Source: a virus
Lineage: Duplodnaviria > Caudoviricetes
IMG/VR virus record: IMGVR_UViG_3300010351_000784
Span: 1 to 64,000 of that record
Strand: one strand, 5' to 3'
DNA length: 64,000 nt
Made by a program: the position numbers and the translations under genes
Part shown: in pieces, positions 19,809-30,154 of the stretch
Numbering within the stretch: the stretch's first letter is position 1
Layout of the letters: the number at the start of each line of letters is the position of its first letter
Notes under the pieces: generated by a model
Seen by the model: only the letters and a program-made list of their open reading frames with translations
Told to the model about the DNA's origin: nothing
The model's database searches: none

Positions 19809-19957
19809 AACGTTCTCTTTGACTGCGCAAAGAGAACCAGAAACGCAGTTCGGAGCTTCGCTCCTCACATCTTAGAGAGAAAAGAGAAAGAAAAATTTCT
19901 TCTTTCGCCGCCATGCGTCGAGGTGTCGCGGCGAAGTAACGTAAACTATAAAAATTG
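19809..19957. repeat. 149-bp structured direct repeat, copy 1
   Basis: Appears identical to 20123-20271. Confidence 0.9.
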
Positions 19958-20085
19958 TTAATATTTAATAGTCCGGGTGTTAACGTTTAATACCCCGGCT
20001 GTTAATATTTAATAGTCCGGTTTGTTAATGTTTAATAGTCCGGTTTGTTAATGTTTAATAGTCCGGTTTGTTAATGTTTAATAGT
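19956..20085. repeat. Six 22-23-bp tandem repeats (TGTTAATGTTTAATAGTCCGGTT)
   Basis: Seen directly. Confidence 0.9.
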
Positions 20086-20122
20086 GCAAGTTGTTGCTTT
20101 CTTTGAAAGAAAGCAACCAAAG

Positions 20123-20271
20123 AACGTTCTCTTTGACTGCGCAAAGAGAACCAGAAACGCAGTTCGGAGCTTCGCTCCTCACATCTTAGAGAGAAAAGAG
20201 AAAGAAAAATTTCTTCTTTCGCCGCCATGCGTCGAGGTGTCGCGGCGAAGTAACGTAAACTATAAAAATTG
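20123..20271. repeat. 149-bp structured direct repeat, copy 2
   Basis: Appears identical to 19809-19957. Confidence 0.9.
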
Positions 20272-20332
20272 CCACTCATGAGAGTGGCAAAGGTTATAAA
20301 TAATTACAAGGAAATTTCTGTTCAAAACGTTC

Positions 20333-20602
20333 TTAAGCCTCCTCAGCCCAAAGCCATACAATATCACGAGTTGCGAGCATATAAATCTGGTTGAGCTTAA
20401 AACGCTCCGGCTTTTCTGTTACGACTTCGATATGTGCTGATATGCCGTAGAGTGATTCACGAAACTTTTTACCATTGCCGGAAATAATTTCCGAACTAAC
20501 AACTGTAAAACGCTCCTTGCCATCTTCGTCCTCAACCTTTCTTAACTTTGTTAAATAAAATCTGAATTTACTCTTAGGGTATAAAAGTCTATCCTCTCTC
20601 AT
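20333..20602 (-). CDS. Hypothetical protein
   Basis: ORF with RBS. Confidence 0.6.
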   Translation of the reverse strand: MREDRLLYPKSKFRFYLTKLRKVEDEDGKERFTVVSSEIISGNGKKFRESLYGISAHIEVVTEKPERFKLNQIYMLATRDIVWLWAEEA

Positions 20603-20613
20603 AATAAAACCTC

Positions 20614-21030
20614 CTCAATCCCAAAGGCACGAATAAAACTCAGTAAAGAGCTTCATCCCTTTGGCAATAATTTTCTGTTCTTTTGGTGTAGGAAAATCCT
20701 TTACCAAGTAAAGGTAGAATCCCTTATCATTTTATTAAGCACTGAATTCCAATGCTCCGCCGCCTTGCGCTCAGTGATTTGATTACTGTGCCAACCATAG
20801 TTCTGAAGGAAACACCCTGACACTCCCCAACTCATATCACGATAGTTAACAAGTCTTACCAAAATGAAGTAGCAAATCTCTGCATCTAAGTTCCACATTT
20901 CCTCAAAATGGAACCCGTTGAAGTCATAAAATTCCTGTGATGCAAGATAGCGTTTCCCATCGCTTGGCTTTAAACGACAGGGCTTATAGCAATTCTTCGC
21001 TCGTTCAAGCGTAATCTTCCCATCTTTCAT
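20614..21030 (-). CDS. Hypothetical phage protein (apparent homopolymer frameshifts near 3' end)
   Basis: EMWNLD...W..VL.KMI; a natural-looking end (..GMKLF..LWD*) lies in shifted frames. Confidence 0.5.
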
Positions 21031-21061
21031 GCGGCATCACTCATGAATATAGTTGCCGTCC

Positions 21062-21301
21062 TCAGCGAACATGCTCAGAGTTAATCCACTTCTCAAAAAC
21101 AGAATAAATTTCGGCGCCAGACTCAACCCAAATATCATCGCCCCACTCAGCAGACGCAAGCATACAGCCCATAATAGACTTTGCATTTACACGATACTTG
21201 CCGCCCCGACTGATGAGGGATACTTCACCAACGATATTCTGTGCCTTCTGACAAAAATCAAGACAATCTCTCTGTCCAAGTAATTCAATCTTATATCTCA
21301 T
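21062..21301 (-). CDS. HPr-like protein
   Basis: YRVNAKSIMGCM (HPr Ser46 region). Confidence 0.7.
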   Translation of the reverse strand: MRYKIELLGQRDCLDFCQKAQNIVGEVSLISRGGKYRVNAKSIMGCMLASAEWGDDIWVESGAEIYSVFEKWINSEHVR

Positions 21302-21528
21302 TTGTTAAATTCCTCCTTAATAATTCTTTTTACTTCGTCTTCTTCAAACACTACGAGTGCTGAGCTTGTGATAAGCCAAATTAGTCTGCCTAAAAAATAG
21401 CAAAGGCTATGTCTGACAATTGAAATAATTATCAGTCCAATGGGGCAAAGGAAAGATGATTTAAGTGTGTTTTCAATTATAACTCTGTTCGGATTTATCA
21501 CTCTTTTCATCTCCTTTGATATAATCAT
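21298..21528 (-). CDS. Small membrane protein
   Basis: Hydrophobic ORF. Confidence 0.4.
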   Translation of the reverse strand: MIISKEMKRVINPNRVIIENTLKSSFLCPIGLIIISIVRHSLCYFLGRLIWLITSSALVVFEEDEVKRIIKEEFNK

Positions 21529-21567
21529 TATATCAAAAATTATTTAAAAAGTCAAGTATTAAAAAGA

Positions 21568-21592
21568 AAAGAGAGGGACAAGCCCTCTCTTT
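21568..21592 (-). terminator. Intrinsic terminator
   Basis: AAAGAGAGGG-ACAAG-CCCTCTCTTT with U-tract on minus strand. Confidence 0.7.
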
Positions 21593-21611
21593 AAATCAAA
21601 ATAAATATTTC

Positions 21612-22271
21612 TTACTCCCCTGTACCAGGAATAGATGGGTCGCTATTAGGTGCTGACTCAGGAGTAATTTCCTCGTTAATAGCTGCTGTAACAAGTGTAA
21701 TTTCCTTGCGGACTCTTGCAAGCTCTGACTGAAGTAAATCAACTGGGTCCTTAAGAGCTACTCTTGTTTTAGTATCGTCAACTACATATGTGCCTTCTTC
21801 AAGCTCCTCAATTGGTTTTCCACAAACAAGGTTTGCATACATACCCTTTGCAGGCTCGCCGTCAAAGTCAGTAATGTTCTCAGTACCAAACTGGTAACTG
21901 TTAGGACCAATTGTGACAATAACAGGACGATTCTTCTGCTCGAAGTCCTTAATCATCTGAACTAAAGTCTTAGTCTTCTGAGTAAGTTTTGCCAATCTCT
22001 TAGAACATTCATCTACCTTCTCAGGTCTTGGACATGGGTAAGGAGGAATGTATGGTGGAGGTGGTGGAGGACATGGACGAGGGTACTTACCAGGAATTGG
22101 AGGCACGGGCTCAATCCACCCGTAAGGATATGGTAGGTAGTGTGGATATACATCCCAATCAATTGGAGGTGGTGGAGGAGGTGGGAATGGTACAGGGTGT
22201 GGATGCCAGCCCGGAAGTGAAGGTACCGCATAATCTACTCCATTGAAACATGTCTTCTTATATGTGCTCAT
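21612..22271 (-). CDS. Proline-rich protein
   Basis: Poly-Pro/Tyr/Cys N-half followed by coiled coil. Confidence 0.75.
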   Translation of the reverse strand: MSTYKKTCFNGVDYAVPSLPGWHPHPVPFPPPPPPPIDWDVYPHYLPYPYGWIEPVPPIPGKYPRPCPPPPPPYIPPYPCPRPEKVDECSKRLAKLTQKTKTLVQMIKDFEQKNRPVIVTIGPNSYQFGTENITDFDGEPAKGMYANLVCGKPIEELEEGTYVVDDTKTRVALKDPVDLLQSELARVRKEITLVTAAINEEITPESAPNSDPSIPGTGE

Positions 22272-22342
22272 TTAATTCACCCCTTTATATAAAGAAATAA
22301 ATTGGACCTTAAGCCGCCCAATCGAGAAATATCTTTCTCGCA

Positions 22343-22374
22343 TATAAAGTAGTTTTGCCGGAGTTTTCGTCTAA
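22343..22374 (-). promoter_or_regulatory. Second-class promoter candidate TTAGAC-N16-CTACTTTATA
   Basis: Same spacing as sites at 5144, 19575, 41735, 55986. Confidence 0.55.
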
Positions 22375-22433
22375 GAAAAGTATTCCCAAGTTTTCCTGAG
22401 AAGATAGTGGAATAATAGACTATATATAAAAAT

Positions 22434-22461
22434 AACCTGCCCCATTAAAAGGGCAGGTTAT
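22434..22461 (-). terminator. Intrinsic terminator
   Basis: TAACCTGCCC/GGGCAGGTTA hairpin. Confidence 0.7.
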
Positions 22462-22466
22462 TAGTT

Positions 22467-22818
22467 TTAAGAAGGTAAATTAAGAAGTGGCAAAATAATA
22501 TCGTTAATATCATCTGCTGAATGGTCATGATAGTCATCAAGGATTCCACATTCAGCTCTTGTCAATCTGCGTCCCCTAATAGTATCTGACTTTTGCTCAG
22601 GAAGGTCCTTCTCTATTACCAAAACTTCACCAGTCATTTCTTTCTTTAACTTAATTTTGTGCATTGTAAAAGTAGCTTCAAGGTCAGACCCCTCGTGATT
22701 CATTAAAAATTTTAAAACATTATTCTTTGCTTCATCAAAATTCTGTTGAAGTTTTTACTGTGCCATATACATAGCTTGTCCCCTCAAACCAATCTTTAAT
22801 ATCTTTGTATGTAATCAT
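22467..22818 (-). CDS. Hypothetical protein (one homopolymer frameshift near 22740)
   Basis: MITYKD... joins ORF 22467-22703 if one T is removed. Confidence 0.45.
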
Positions 22819-23825
22819 GTGTTACCTCCGTTTCCATTATATCCCCAAGTATCTGCATGGTAGAGTGCAATATAGTCTCGCTCCTTTTCGTTAAGCTCTT
22901 CTGGCGCGCAAGTAGCGAGGACTTCAAAAGTAAAATTCTCTGCTCCATCTTCCCACATCGCCGCATAGAGTTTGTTCTATGTGCCCGGCTCCGCTTTAAC
23001 CCCTCGCTTTAAATGGGTACGCCAACGTTCTTTGAAAGCCTGTCTTGTTTGTCCAATATAGCAACGCCCATTTTCAAGATTGGTTATTTTATAAATACCA
23101 CACGCTGCCGCCTCACTTGACACGACTCGTCCGACCATCTCTGTGAAAGGTTTCTCGTAATAGGTTTTATAAATGAGTTTATAAATAATGGTTGGGTCAT
23201 GTAATTCTCCTGCAATTTTCCTGAGTTTTTTCACATCCTCCTAAACTTCTTCGGAGAGGACTATTCGATAGAAATTTTTGTCTTGCTTAATTTGTTCTGC
23301 TCGTTTATATTGTTCAATTATTTCTTGCTGTTTTGCTTTTTCTCTTTTAAGAACCTTTTCAAGTTCTTCTCGTCTTGCTTTTACTTTCTCTTGATATGCT
23401 TCAAAATCTGTATAGATTTCCTGCCTACGACTCTCATAGAAGTCAACAACTCCCTAAAGCTGTAATGCTTCATTCTTTGATTTCTCATTTACTGATTGAA
23501 CAATTTGTTCTTCCAGTTCCTTCATTCGTATTTTATAGTGTTCTTCACTTGCGTGTAAATTATCCTACGCCTTTCGCAGGGCGGCAAGACTATTCTATCT
23601 CTGTATCTCACAATTATTTATGTACTCTTTAAGACTCTATTCAACCTTCTTTCTTTCTTCATCAATACGTATCTAATTTTCTTTACTAAACTACTTGCCT
23701 AAGTTTTCAACTTCTTTTTTAAAGGTTTCAGAATATTTGGAAGGACTCTCCTTCTTACCGACGAAAAGCCCTAAACCAATTGCACACAGTGAACCTGCTA
23801 TAATAAATAGTAGCCACCACTGCAT
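22815..23825 (-). CDS. TM + coiled-coil + GIY-YIG nuclease (336 aa, TAG=Gln)
   Basis: MQWWLLFIIAG TM; CGIYKITN..CYIGQT..ERW..H; FTFEV..LNEKERDYI..WGYN. Confidence 0.75.
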
Positions 23826-23826
23826 A

Positions 23827-25695
23827 TTATCCCTCCTGTATCATTTCTGCTCCGCACATCGGACAGAATTTAAATGTTTTAATTCCGCCATTAAAACCAC
23901 AAGCGCTACACTCTTCGCCGCCCATGTTAGCATAATAAGTTTGCCACTTTGCTTTTGGACGCCATACAAATTCTTTAAGCGGCTTATATCTGCCACACCC
24001 ATTATGCTCAGGACAGGCTTCAATAGGACCTGTAGCACATTTGGGAACTAATACAGTATCAAGAATTTCCTTCTCTTCTTTTGAGATATTAACAGCACAC
24101 ATGAGTTCATTCTTCATACCAATAGCAACATTACGAATTTCAGCTTGCGCTCTTGAACATATACGTTCATTACAGAAGTGCATAAGTGCTCTTAAATTCA
24201 TAGTTACATAAATAACAGTAGGGGTTGCGTTAGGTAAAACTGCTCTTGCATTTTCTGCTTTAACACCTTTTTCAATCATATCTCTATATGCAATCATAGA
24301 CTCTGCGCAGCTTAACATTACAGGCTCAACTGCATCATGCTCAAGTCCATCAGTTACCCAGTCTACTGAGTCATATGTTACATAACGCTGACTCTGTTGA
24401 GAGTATGAAGCAATTCTATGACGCACGAGCTGGTGACTACAATTTCCACACCAACAAGCAATTCCATTTCTTCTTACAAAAAGAGTATGATTAGGAACCT
24501 CTACACAATAAACATAATCATTAAAAGGAATCTCTGAAAAGTGAGAATCTTTTTTGGTCACAATTTCATGATTTCTTTTTCCAGTCATAGAAATATTGAT
24601 TATATAACAAGGATAATTATGTTTTATTTCTCGACCATTCCATATATGACTTTGTCCTACTCTATTATCAATATGATTAGTGGCAGTATATCCAGCAATA
24701 AAACATAAATTATAAATTTGTTCAGATAATTCTTTTGAAATAGTAAAAATTTTTCCACTTTTATCTTTTTGAATTGTTCCGTCTCCTAATATATATTCAT
24801 CTATAAAAATTTTTGATAGTTTTTTATTAAAATTAGTAAAAATATCAAAAGGAATTTTTTTATTTAAAGACAGTCCTAAAGAAGAAAAATATTTTCCTAA
24901 AACCATATTTTTAAAACGTATAGACTTTCCATCATAATAAGGTTGTAATCCACAATTAGATACTATTTCCATAATATGGTCGATATTTTGAGTTTTTAAT
25001 TGACTAATAGAAATAGTATAAGAATTTTCTTTTTGATTATAATATGTGCTTCCCTCTGCCAAATACCAAGCTAATAATTTATAAAAATTATCTCTTGGGA
25101 GTCTTAAATCGGAAAGCGTTTTTTCATATAACTCTCCATTTCTATTTTTCCTATAATAACTGTATCCTGGAATAGTAAAATAATCATCAACTTCTATATC
25201 ATAATTAACAGTCTTTTTCATATAAAAACGTTTCACTTTTATATCCTCAGATGGACATAGATGATATTTATCTGGAACTCTTACATCATATTTTTTCATA
25301 TATAAGTTATGATTTGGTGTTACTAACAAATCAATATTTTGAGATTTATAATAATGCATCAATCCATTATATTTATATTTAACTTGATTTAAGATGGGCT
25401 GAAATTCTGCTTCTTGAGTATCCTGATTTATTGTAAAAATCAAGTCTGTATTTTCAACATCACAAAAATGTTTCCATCCATTATTTGTTAATACTTCTGT
25501 CTCTCTATCAAAGCAGGCACGAGAAATTCCTTCTACTTTAAAAGTAAAACTACAATGTTCAAGAACAGACTGATGCCCTGACTTAATACATCCTTTTACA
25601 ATTTTCAAGTCTGGTTCACTATCGTAACAAACTGCCGCAGCCTAAGCACAAACATATAACGGATTAGGTGTATATCCTACAAGTGTTACTTTCAT
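23827..25695 (-). CDS. thyX: Flavin-dependent thymidylate synthase with intein and C-terminal Zn ribbon
   Basis: GHQSVLEH, SRA|CSHQLVRHR..SYSQQSQRY, ENARAVLP; one TAG=Gln at 25642. Confidence 0.92.
24442..25515 (-). mobile_element. Class 1 intein with LAGLIDADG domain (358 aa)
   Basis: CFDRETE start, TPNH block B, ends WCGN before Cys. Confidence 0.9.
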
Positions 25696-26267
25696 TCTTC
25701 GCCTTCCTCCTTAATATCAGAACGAGTTTCAGTTTCTTCCATTGATTCAAATGCTTTCATGTTATTATAAATAGTAAGTAATTCTTCTGTGTTCAAAGGA
25801 GAATATCCCCACTTTATTGCGTCAGCAGAAAGCATCATATCTTTAATCATTCCCTCAATTGGATTTTCTCCATCAACAACGATTAAAGCATATTGTTTAT
25901 AAAGGTCGAGTCTTTTAATTGGTTTAATTTCATAAAGGACTTCTTCACCAGTTGGAAGTTTATTGAACATAGGTACACCCCAAAAATGTTTGAAACCAAT
26001 TTCTCTCCACTCAGCCTTTGTAAACTTCTCATTCAAGTGTTTTGATGTCGCAGTTTTAATACCGTTAAGCCGTGAGAATATAGATTTCATCTCTTCAAGA
26101 GTTCCATCTCCATTGTCACCCATGATAATTACATCATCTTCAGGCTTAACAACCCTATTCCAACTTCTTATTATCTCTGCGTTCATCTATGCAAAATTTG
26201 AATAGCCAAGTTTTTGTAGCTGTTCTTTATTGAATAATTTTAAATCTGCAATTATGTAAGTTGCCAT
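25692..26267 (-). CDS. Calcineurin-like phosphoesterase, degenerate metal ligands
   Basis: YIIADL, MNAEIIRSWN.VVKPED..IIMGD; TAG=Gln. Confidence 0.65.
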
Positions 26268-26466
26268 ACTTTCCCTCCTTACAATTTCTTTATTTTATTA
26301 TATCAAAAATTTGAAAAAAAGTCAAGAAATCAAAAAAAGAGTAGTCATAAGACTACTCCTTTTGGTTGCGTGTTCCCATTTCGATATTTTCTGTTTTTGC
26401 CTTTTTACTTGTCTCGCTTACGCAATCGAGTTGCCAAGTCAATCACATATCTTTTCTAATGGGACA

Positions 26467-27327
26467 TTAGACGGTACGGAAATGATTGTAAACGCCATCT
26501 CCCTGCCACTGATTACAAGTCCAATTTGCGAACTCTTGTGGATGATTAAAGTAATAATCTACGGCATCTGACATTGTTGAATAATGAACACTTCCTCCAC
26601 AGAAGTAGTCATTATATTTATTGAAGCCCCATGGTGCACAAGTCTGGTCAAGTACACCTTCAACGTTGTTGGGCCAGCGTGAATCATTTACCATATTCAT
26701 AACTGAAGCAACAATCTTAGCTCTTTCGTAGACACTTGTCATGCCGCCGTATTCGCTTGCAACAATTTTGCAAAGCAGTGTGTAATCTCCATCACTAATT
26801 CCCGTACTTGATACTGCAACTACAGGAGCAGGCTCATTATACTAAGTTATAATTTCCATGCCTGGATTACATTCACTACATTTTCTACATTCTAATCCTT
26901 CTGTATTCTCAATTTCATAACACTCACTATTTACCCAATGACAGGTAGAGCGATGTATATAATGTGTGCTTGGTTTAAACACAACATATTCTCTTTTAGG
27001 TTCTGCCGTTTCCTTTGCCGCCTCAGTAACTTCGGCAGTTGTTACTGGTTCAGTTTTAGCTTCAGTTTCTACTGAAGTTGTCTCTGTTACTGATGTTGTG
27101 GTTGAAGGTAATGTAGATGTGCTTGTGATAGAAGTTGTGGATGTACTTGTGGTAGTGGTACTTGTGGTAGTAGTTCCTGTAGTTACTGTTGTTACCTCTG
27201 TACCGTTTGCTTTACTTAATGTGCCTACTTTACAAGACGTAGTAAAACAAAGAACGGCAGTAGTAATTATTGCTGCTGCCGTAACTGAAATAACTGTAAT
27301 AATTGTTTTTCTTTTCTTCTGATTCAT
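26467..27327 (-). CDS. Secreted SleB/Hydrolase_2-like cell-wall hydrolase with Thr-rich linker
   Basis: Signal peptide, Thr-rich linker, LLCKIVASE..VASVMN.V...WPN.V.GV..Q; joined by TAG=Gln. Confidence 0.75.
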
Positions 27328-27412
27328 TATAAAATTCCTCCTTTTCGTCCTTGCGGACTATAGGGGAACACGCATTATGCGACAAACAGCCGCAATTATT
27401 ATGTAACAAAAC

Positions 27413-27925
27413 TCAATAAATACTCAAACTTTTTCCTTCTTCATTAAGAACTATTGGCAGAATAAGGATGCTATCTTCAAGTTCAATAGCTATGAAACCT
27501 GAGATTCCATTAAGTGTTGTCTCGTAAAAATGAGCTATACATTTCTGACTCGATTCGAGTTGATAATATAATCGGACCATTATTTCCAAATCCATTTTCC
27601 ATTGTAAAGTTACCTATCCCTCGGTATTATCAAACGCTTCACTTACAAGAAGGATTGCGTCTGTTAATGCCTAATAGATTTCTGTCACATGACAATACTT
27701 TCCTCGACTAAGAATGATAGCTTTTGAGGTTGATATAACCCCGTGTTCTTTTCCTTTAATTTGAAAGAAATTATCCAAGTATTCAAGAGCTTCTTGGGTA
27801 AACTATTCAAATTCCATTTTGGAAAGTTGTTTCTAATTATTTGCGATGAAGTTTATTTCATCAGCAATTTTCTTAGGCATATATACTTTCTATTCATTAT
27901 CTTCATAGATAGTAACAAAGTCCAT
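27413..27925 (-). CDS. Hypothetical protein (170 aa, five TAG=Gln)
   Basis: Open frame with RBS under code 15. Confidence 0.65.
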
Positions 27926-27937
27926 ATACTCCACCTC

Positions 27938-30088
27938 TCAGAATTGAACTGACTTCTTTTCTGTTTTGGAGAATACATTACCAGCAAGATGTGCTTTATT
28001 CTTTGCTTTGCCGCGATAGGTACGAATAGATGGACACCAGTAAAGAGATTTCATTGCACGGGTTGCGGCAACATAACAAATTCTTCTTTCCTCTTCATTG
28101 AATGTTTTACAACCTACTACAACAACATGAGGGAATTCAAGTCCCTTTGCAGAATGAATTGTCATAATTTTTACTGCGTTTCTATTAAGTAAGTCACCCA
28201 TCTGGTCGAGGTCAAGGTCGCCACGTTTAACAATTAAGTTTCTTATTTCTTTTGAATCGAGATACTCTTGTGCCGCTTCGACTTCACTATTTGTTCTACA
28301 AAGAACAACCCAGCCTGTCCAATCTTCTGTCCAAGTCATTTCTTCCGCCGCGTCCCTAAAGGTGCATTCATCAAGGAAGCCTGATTTAATAATAATTGGA
28401 ATAGCCGCAGGTGAAATCTTTGGCATTGAATTAAGATAATTGTCTGCGAATCTTAAAATGTTTGCGGGATTACGATAATTTTCTACAAGCGGATACTTTT
28501 TAAAATTATCATCAGTTGCCAATTCACGAATGAATCGGTCTGTTGCCCCCCTGAAAGAGTAGATAAACTGTCTTTCATCACCAACATAGAAACGATTTTC
28601 TGCGAGTATGCGTGTAATAAAACTATATTGTATTGGGTCTGTATCTTGAAACTCGTCTACAAATAAATACTTAATTGCTGGATATTTTTCCCATGGAACA
28701 GTCATAGCCTTTTCAATAATTTTATCAAAGCGCTCTGTCTGAATGTAATCATATGTACTGATACCACCAATACCACAAATCTTATTTGCATAAGAATGAA
28801 TAGTACCAATAAACATATCTTGACATTTGTCACCCAAACGCTTTCTCATTTCCTCTGCCGCCTGATTTGTAAAAGTAAAAGCGACAATGGAAGAGGGCTC
28901 AACGCCCTCATTCAAAAGTCGTTCTATTCTACCAATCAGCGTGCGTGTGTTGTGAGTTACAATAAAATCGTTCATTAGAAATAAATGTTCTGAATTTTCC
29001 ACTTCAAAACATACCATCTCAGTTTGATAGCCCAAGTCTTCAATTTTACGAATAGATGTACGAGTATAATCTTTATGTTGTGGCATATCTTTGACTAATA
29101 ATGCTATTTCTTTCTTTCTGGGCAGCCAAAATAATTTATATTTTTCACTGTTCGACATGTTAATAATTAAATTATAACAAGTTTTATGAGTATATTTTTC
29201 AGGACGATTATCTTCTGAAATACTACTTACATATCCTAATGAACCTAATACCTCTTGCACATCTTTTATTAAGAGTAAGCTGGTTGATGTAAATCTTATT
29301 ATAGCAGTATTTTTATGATTATCACGAGAATCTTTAGTAATTGAACCACCTGTATCCATTAAACCTCGAAGTAATTCCAATCGTTGTTCAATATCTCCAT
29401 ATTTATATTCTTGTGGAATAGTTTTGTTATAACTATATTGACATACTTCAGAAGGCAATATATTTGTAGATAGTTTTTGTCCATTTTTAATAAAATTCCA
29501 ATTAAAATTAGCAGGATTTTGATATAAACTATCTCCTTCTAATAATTCAAGGATATGATTTGGTATTTCATTATTTTCTGATGATAAAGTTAAATATGTA
29601 TTTTGCATTGTACAGCCGTCACCAAGAAAAGCGCCAATTACATAAGGTGGAATAGTATACTTTTTTGTAGAGTATTGTACCGCTTTTGCAACTGGAATGT
29701 AAAATTGTGCACTCCGAGATGAGTTAATTAGTTTTTCTTTTAAAAGTTCATTAACGCTCATAGTTTTAAACTGATTTTTGTCTTTCCAAGTCGCTTTATG
29801 AATTGACCACAAATGTTCATTACAACATTTTGCTGTACGTCCATCTCCAAAAGTAAGTCTATATACCCATTTCTGTCCTTGCGGATATACTCCAATCACT
29901 TTTGTAGAATTACCATTCCTATCGAACAATAAATCTCCTATCTAAATATTTCCAGCTTTCTTTGCTCCGTTTGGCGTAGGTATAATTGTATCTGTTGGTA
30001 TCGCTTTACCTGCTGCGGCGCACGCTAAACAGAGGATATTTTTATCATTTGCCGCAATAATATTTTTCTGTTGAACATTAAATTCCAT
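27938..30088 (-). CDS. UvrD/Rep-like SF1 helicase with intein
   Basis: ACAAAGK|..|TRT, AFTFTNQAA, VDEFQD, VGDERQ.IY.FRGA, MTIHSAKGLEF, YVAATRA. Confidence 0.9.
28949..30004 (-). mobile_element. Class 3-type intein (Ala1; W-C-T signature) in Walker A, 352 aa
   Basis: AIPTDT start, EHLW, MVCFEV, IVTHN|T. Confidence 0.85.
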
Positions 30089-30154
30089 TACGTAGTTCCT
30101 CCTTCTTACTGAACTACTATTATTATATCAAATTTTTTTGAAAAAGTCAATCTA

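Noticed and set aside
19627-20271. CRISPR array
   Set aside because: Repeats are head-to-tail with no unique spacers, and no cas genes are present
12957-22818. Programmed frameshifts at ~13025, ~20635, ~20722 and ~22740
   Set aside because: Single-base changes in homopolymer runs; sequencing error or decay is more likely
27335-27410. Riboswitch upstream of the SleB-like gene
   Set aside because: Short hairpins only; no recognisable aptamer consensus
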